Source of the DNA: Vicugna vicugna
Lineage: Eukaryota
Assembly (NCBI GenBank): GCA_013265495.1
Contig: MU061616.1
Span: forward strand, 2,868,696 to 2,932,695
Direction of reading: 5' to 3'
DNA: 64,000 bases
The notes under the pieces are model-generated. The model worked only from the letters and a program-made list of their open reading frames with translations, was not told where the DNA came from and ran no database searches. The first letter of the stretch is position 1, and every line of letters begins with the position of its first letter. Of this stretch, positions 58,151 through 64,000 are shown one piece after another. The position numbers and the translations under genes were made by a program.

Positions 58151-61100
58151 AGGAATTGGTCGCGGGCTGCCAACTTTAATACACATTATACTTTTTGAAA
58201 AACCTGTTGCAATGTTCTACATCCATTATTTTTATCTTTGTCCCTGAAATTATGTAACTTTTAAAAGAGAGAAACGTTCACTACACAAAAGAGTCTCTGA
58301 AATTATTTCTTTTTTTATCGATATTTGCAGTTTCTGTTGTGAAGATGTAATCTACGAAGAGCTTTTAATGTCTTCCACATGCAGCATTTGAACTGAATTA
58401 TATTTCATGTCCTTTTTGGTAATTTAGCAAATGACTATTGGACTAGATTAAGTACCAAATAACATTTTAGATGTACTTTGCTTCTCTGGTTGGATCAGTT
58501 ATTTTGATACTGTTGTCGCAGTGTTAAGTTTTGCAGAGTATTTGATATTGTCCTAACTAATCAAGTGCTAAACTCTAGTAAAAGGATCATTTGCAAAGCC
58601 TTTGAATGCATCTGTGAAGAGGGAACATTAATGTTTGCTTTGCCCTGTAGCAAGGTCAAGTCGGTTTTTGTAGGAGGTTAAGTGTTTGCTGTGTCACATC
58701 GCACAGATATTCTTTTGCAGTCCATCTTTTAACTCTGGCTTTGAATGAACTGCCTTGTTCTTTTCCACGCTGCCCCTCATACAGTAAGGGTTGGGTTTGT
58801 TCATTTGTTGAGTTTACTGTTTCCTTCTTATGCTTTGCTTCAGAAGTGCTTGCTTTTGGGGGGAAGTGTGTGACAGTAAGCAGAAAAGGAACCCAGTGAG
58901 GCCTAGTATTGCAATACATAATTCAACAAATACTAAATGAACATTTGCTATACCCCTCAGGTTTCAAACATTTATCTTATGTTCAGGAATTTGATTACTT
59001 ACTAAATATTTGAATTGATTTGTGAACCTGTATTTGCTATAATCTCGCTAATAAGTCTTTCCTCTCTGTCCAGTGAGGGCAGTCTTAAGCCCCAAAGGTG
59101 AGTGTGAAGCACTTGAGGGTGTGCAGACCTGCCATTCTCCACTTTTCTTGACTGCTAAATCAGTCAGAGTGTCCAGATGTGTTGGCTACATTTCATGTCT
59201 AACAACAAAATAGATGTCAGCCTGTTTTCACATTTCAAAACATTTTCAAAAGATTTGTATGTGATTATGTGGAGAGTTAGGAAAGAAACTATGTAAGTAG
59301 GGTCCAGAGCCCCAAAGGTAAAAGGACCAAGAACTCGGTGTCTTCTCGTTTGTCCCCATGTCAGTTTACATGAAGAAAGTGAGACAGTGAAGGGAGAATT
59401 AATTTGCCTGGTGTTTGCAGTCTACTAGGCAAGCTGGTTTAAGAACCACTGCCTGGCTTTCTTCAGCACTTTCCCCTCATACCTCGCTTACTTTTTCGTA
59501 GATGACCTTGACATGCAATTAGAACTAATACTGAATTCTCTTGGAACCTAGATCTTTAGTTTGCTTTGCGTAGGGCTCAACGAGGATGTATGTACACATA
59601 CAAACACGCAGAGTCTCACTTAAATACTAGTTTCCATTTTGGTGATATACATGATGAAAATTCAAATTCCCGGGTTAGTTTGCTTTAGTTGCTGTAGTTT
59701 TAAATAAATTCAAGGGGTAACAGGAGAGAAACACAGACTTATTAATATTTTTATTATACTTGTTAAACTCCAACCCAGTAAGGAAAGGACTAAAACTAAT
59801 TTGAGTCCCTGCCCTACAGGTTCCTTGGTTAACAGTCACATTTTCTTGAGCTGTTCTAAGCCCCAGACTCAAGCTTGTTTGACAACTTGGGTTGATAGTG
59901 AAAACAGGTCAGATTTTATATTGGCTGTTGGCCCTAGTAAATTTCTAGTGGAAATTGCATTTATTCCTGTAAATAATGGGAAATATTCTTTTTGGGGGGG
60001 TTGATGCTATGTGGTTAAAAAAAATTAGAAATTGGCTGGTCATTTTTTCTTGATCACACCAAAATTCTCTCCTAGTTTTAGTAATTACAGTGGCAAAGGC
60101 TGTTAATAACACCTAAGATTAATTTGCTAGTGTTTATTTGGATTCTTTATAAGTGCAATCTAAAACTTAGTGGGAAGTATTACTGAAAAATATGCAACAA
60201 CTTGGAAATGTTACAGGAAATGATCCTGAGCTGAGTTTAGGATTTAGGATAGTGTTGTTCTGGTTTGCTAACTTGGTTTGAAGTCAGAATCATTGTGATT
60301 TACAGATACCGTGTGTTTGTAGGGTCCAGGGCTTTTGGGAACTCCCAGTTAAACCAGTCTCAATTTACTTTGGCTAGAATCTGGCCACCTGTGTAGACTC
60401 TAAATAGTTAGCAGTTGTTTTGATTGAAATTGGGATCGCAGTTTATTAAATCAACATGGCTATGTCACAACTAGATTTCTGATATTTTATGAAATGATGG
60501 ATGTTAAAAATGAATTGTAGATACTCATAAAAAGTAAGTATTGGTTCACTGAGCATTACTTAGGGGACTACATACAGGACAAGAAGCAGTTTTCTTGATT
60601 CTGACTATGTAAGCTATTTATTTTTTTGCCCATTTATTGGGCATTTCTTATGTGTCAGATACAGTGTTTGCTCCGTACCTGTATTTATCCCATCTTTAAG
60701 AAGTTATAGTTAGGTAAGGTGAACCAGAGCATATAAACAAGTAAATGCAATGAGGTGTTATAGGTACTTTGTCAAAACTGTAAAGTATACAGGAGGGAGA
60801 GACTAATTCTGTCGTTTTGGGATTGACATACTTTATCCTGTGGTCCCAGACCTTTAAGGTTAATTTCATTAAACATTAAAATAAAATATGATGGTGATGT
60901 ATTGATTCTTATGAGGAAGCAGTAGCTTAGTTTGTAATATGTATTTTTAAATTTTAAGTCATCAGTTAATACTGAAGGGCTGTTATATCCCAGAAACAGA
61001 AAAATAAACACCAGAATTTGACTTTGAGATCTAGTAAAGGTTCAACCATGTCCTTGAAGAAAAATATGTTTCTTGTGAATTGAGTATCAGACCTTTTTGC

Positions 61101-62494
61101 TTATACTTACTATGAAATGATGTTTTCCCAGGTATGGATAGGGTGGAGGCAGTGGGAGTATGAGAAATGTCATGAAGAGTAAGATAGTAAAATCTGACTC
61201 ACAAACACTCTAAAGCACAGGACCTCCTGGGTGAGCACCGTGATTGGACAAGTTGGCAGAGCTGGGGAGAACACGGGGGAGATGAAGAAATAACATTTTT
61301 TATTAAGTGAAGACGAAGATGAAATTTGGGGTTTGTGGATATGGAAAAGAGAGTGTGTCTGGCATCATGCAGAACAACAATGTTTATCAAAGAACATGTT
61401 TCTGGAAACTTTTCTGGTTTTTAGCCAAGGAAATTCATAAGTGGGAGTGTCTTAAGACGCTGCTTTTAGATAGAAGTAATAGCTCCGTCTGGAAGAGTGA
61501 CTTCCTGCCGGAGCTAGTGAGTGAGGCGTGTGTTGCCTGACAGCCCCCATGCTATAGGTCAGGGTATCCGGAGAAGAAAAAGTACATGCCACTGGATAAT
61601 TACAGATATCTGACTGCTTAAGCGCTTCTACTTTTCAAGCCTGAACTGTAAACTTTATTTCGTAGATCCCTTCTTTTCTTTTTCCTATGACTTCTCTTCC
61701 CCTCTAGATTCTTAATTTCCTCTATGCCTCTTCTTGGTAGCTTTTAGATATGTCAGACCACCCCCATCCTTAGAGAAATCTTTTCAAGGCTCTAGCATAC
61801 TATTACTTCTGCGTCAGCTTGTTCACCTGTTAAGTTCATAAGTGAATTGATTTCCACTACTTCGAATTTTCTTTTAATCTCCAGCTTCTTGATTCCCTGT
61901 AAAATTTTGTTTCTGCCTCTACTACCCTATTGGATCTGCCTGGCCTACCCCTGCCTTGGCTTTTCTTTGGTCTTAGCTTCCCTTTCTTCCCCCAGTCCTC
62001 TTAAAGGCTTCTCTGCCAACATACCTTCTTCTACTCTACTCGATAGGATTACTACTCACTGAGGATCAGTCCCTGACCCTCTTTCTTTTCCTCTACCGCT
62101 CACTTCCTTTCATGTCCCTTCTCCTTGGTTCATTTGTAAAGCTGTCCTGCATAGCTGGATCAGCTTGCTTTTCTGAAAGAATCTTTATTCTGTAAAATCA
62201 TCTACATAACCTCTTGCTACTCACAGTGTAAAAAAATTTTTTTAACATGTGTGTATATATATTCTGCCTTGTATATTGTCTAATTTAGTCTCTTTATTTG
62301 TATAACCTTGTATTTATGTGTTATCTTTTTACCCCTAGAGTTTGAATACCTTAAAGTACCTTAAACTGTCTAGTGTATAATACATGATAGTTATTTAGTA
62401 AATGATTGTTAATGATTAATAAAAATTCAGAAATAAAATTAAGTATTAGGGTACATTAAATGTCCTCCGGTCTTTCCCCATTAACCTTTTTTTC

Positions 62495-62735
62495 CACTGA
62501 TGATGATAACAGCCAGCATTTTTTTTGCTTTACTACGTTATTAGGTACCATGAGGAATAATTTGTAAGCTTTTTTCCCCGCTTAACTCTCACAGCAGCTC
62601 TGTGAAATAATGCTTTTATTATCTCCATTTTACAGATGAGGAAATTGAGGTTTAGAGAGAAAAAGTGGTTTTATTTAAGGCCTCCTTAAATCCAGGTCTT
62701 TCTGACTCCAAAGTCCATATAACTAACTACTGCAC
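62495..62735 (-). mobile_element. MIR SINE
   Basis: TTATTATCTCCATTTTACAGATGAGGAAATTGAGGTTTAGAGAG core. Confidence 0.8.
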
Positions 62736-63465
62736 TCTATGAAAGCCGACATTCGTTTTTAACAGGTTTGTTTGCTTTTTGTTAAGGAATGCGTACAGTA
62801 ACACTGATAATTCAGTTAAAAATCTCAATCCAGGAAGAAATGCCTAAAAGAGCCACTTGATTTACTTCCTGTCTTTATCCATGTCCTCAGTTTGAAGTAT
62901 CAGTTTAAGAACCTGTCTAGAAATGTACTCACGTTTTACACAAAGTTAGATTCTGTACCCCTGTTTCACTTGAGTCAGTTGTCCTGGATTTCAGGAGATA
63001 ACGCTAAGCCATTCCTCTGGTATGTTCTCAGCACTTGAACTACCAAACAAGTTTATCCATTAAGTAATGCCAGGAATTGGTTAGCTTCCTGGAAACAGAA
63101 TTTGTCAACCTGATAAACCAGCTCTTATAATAGCATCATCTCATACAAAATTAGAAACGATTTCTCTAGTCATACTTGTCATGGATTTGATTTGAAAAGC
63201 ATGTGTGTATGTCCGTGTGTATGTATGCAGATCCATCTTGATTCCATATATGAGCTAAGACAACTGAATTCTCAATTCCAAGGGTAGTTATAGTAAAAAC
63301 TCCACGAATTCTGCTGTTAGGACTATCACTGGATGCTCCTCAGAAAACATCCACCTAGTCGTAATCATACTTATAGTGACTCCAACAATTTACTGTTACA
63401 GTTGGCCCAATAATTTTATACATGTAATATTTAGTGACATATAAGCCAATTTAATATATAAGTTT

Positions 63466-63490
63466 ACACACACACACACACACACACACA
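63466..63490. repeat. (AC)12 microsatellite
   Basis: Pure AC run of 25 nt. Confidence 0.95.
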
Positions 63491-64000
63491 TAGCCAATTG
63501 TCCTAGCTTAGCTGTTATGCTCTAGTTTTTAAATCTTGGTGGGAGGTAAAAAAACAAACAAACAAAAAAATGAAGCAAGTTCCCTTTCTTTAAGGAGCCT
63601 ATAGGTAAATTTCTAGAAAATATAAAATAATTGATGGGATATATGTGTTTTAATTTTGGTAAATGTCTTCTGTAGGTACCTACTTCCTCCTCATTCCTTA
63701 TCCCATTTACCACATTCTTTTGGTGCTACAGTGATATCACTCTCATACTTTTGTATTTATTTTGAAGTAAAATCAATTGGTAAGCTACTCTACTTGTGTT
63801 TCCTGCAAGTCTTGAATCTAATTTTGTTTTTCTGAGCAGGCAAAAATCTCTTCATGGGCACCCTTCTTCCTTTCCTGCACCTCCTCAGAGGGCATATGGG
63901 GCACCTTAGCAAATTTGGTCTAGGAGGAGAGAGGCAAATAATACCATTTTATTTCCCATACTTCATGCTGCTCTTTCCTTTTCATGAGGTGTTAGAATAT

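Noticed and set aside
56859-58186. Long ORFs (139-314 aa) in the third CpG island
   Set aside because: Their length is inflated by N-runs, and none resembles MAP3K3/MEKK3 or another known protein.

Overview
This is mammalian genomic DNA with spliced genes, CpG islands and LINE/SINE/DNA-transposon fossils. Three copies of a tRNA-Ala-like SINE suggest a camelid, and I recognised no Bov-tA, BovB, PRE-1 or Alu elements. The gene order matches my recollection of human 17q23.3, all on the + strand: the 3' half of KCNH6 (ERG2/Kv11.2; 10 coding exons, stop at 10333-10335); the complete DCAF7 (WDR68; 7 coding exons, 342 aa, parts of exons 1 and 5 hidden by N-runs, about 4.7 kb 3'UTR); the complete TACO1 (5 exons, 292 aa); and a CpG island that by synteny should be the MAP3K3 promoter/exon 1, with its ATG probably inside an N-run. 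Exon boundaries were read by hand from GT/AG sites and frame continuity. Orthologue comparisons and repeat family names are from memory, not from searches. I see no evidence for a novel multi-gene system. The best leads are: unexplained splice architecture in the DCAF7 3'UTR (a 28-nt microexon plus an in-frame alternative last exon); a 39-nt tailless 5S rRNA retro-insertion with a perfect 16-bp TSD; an 18-bp in-frame duplication and other changes in KCNH6; tandem ERR/NR5A elements in the TACO1 5' region; and a seven-site NF-Y cluster with a strong-Kozak uORF at the MAP3K3 promoter.
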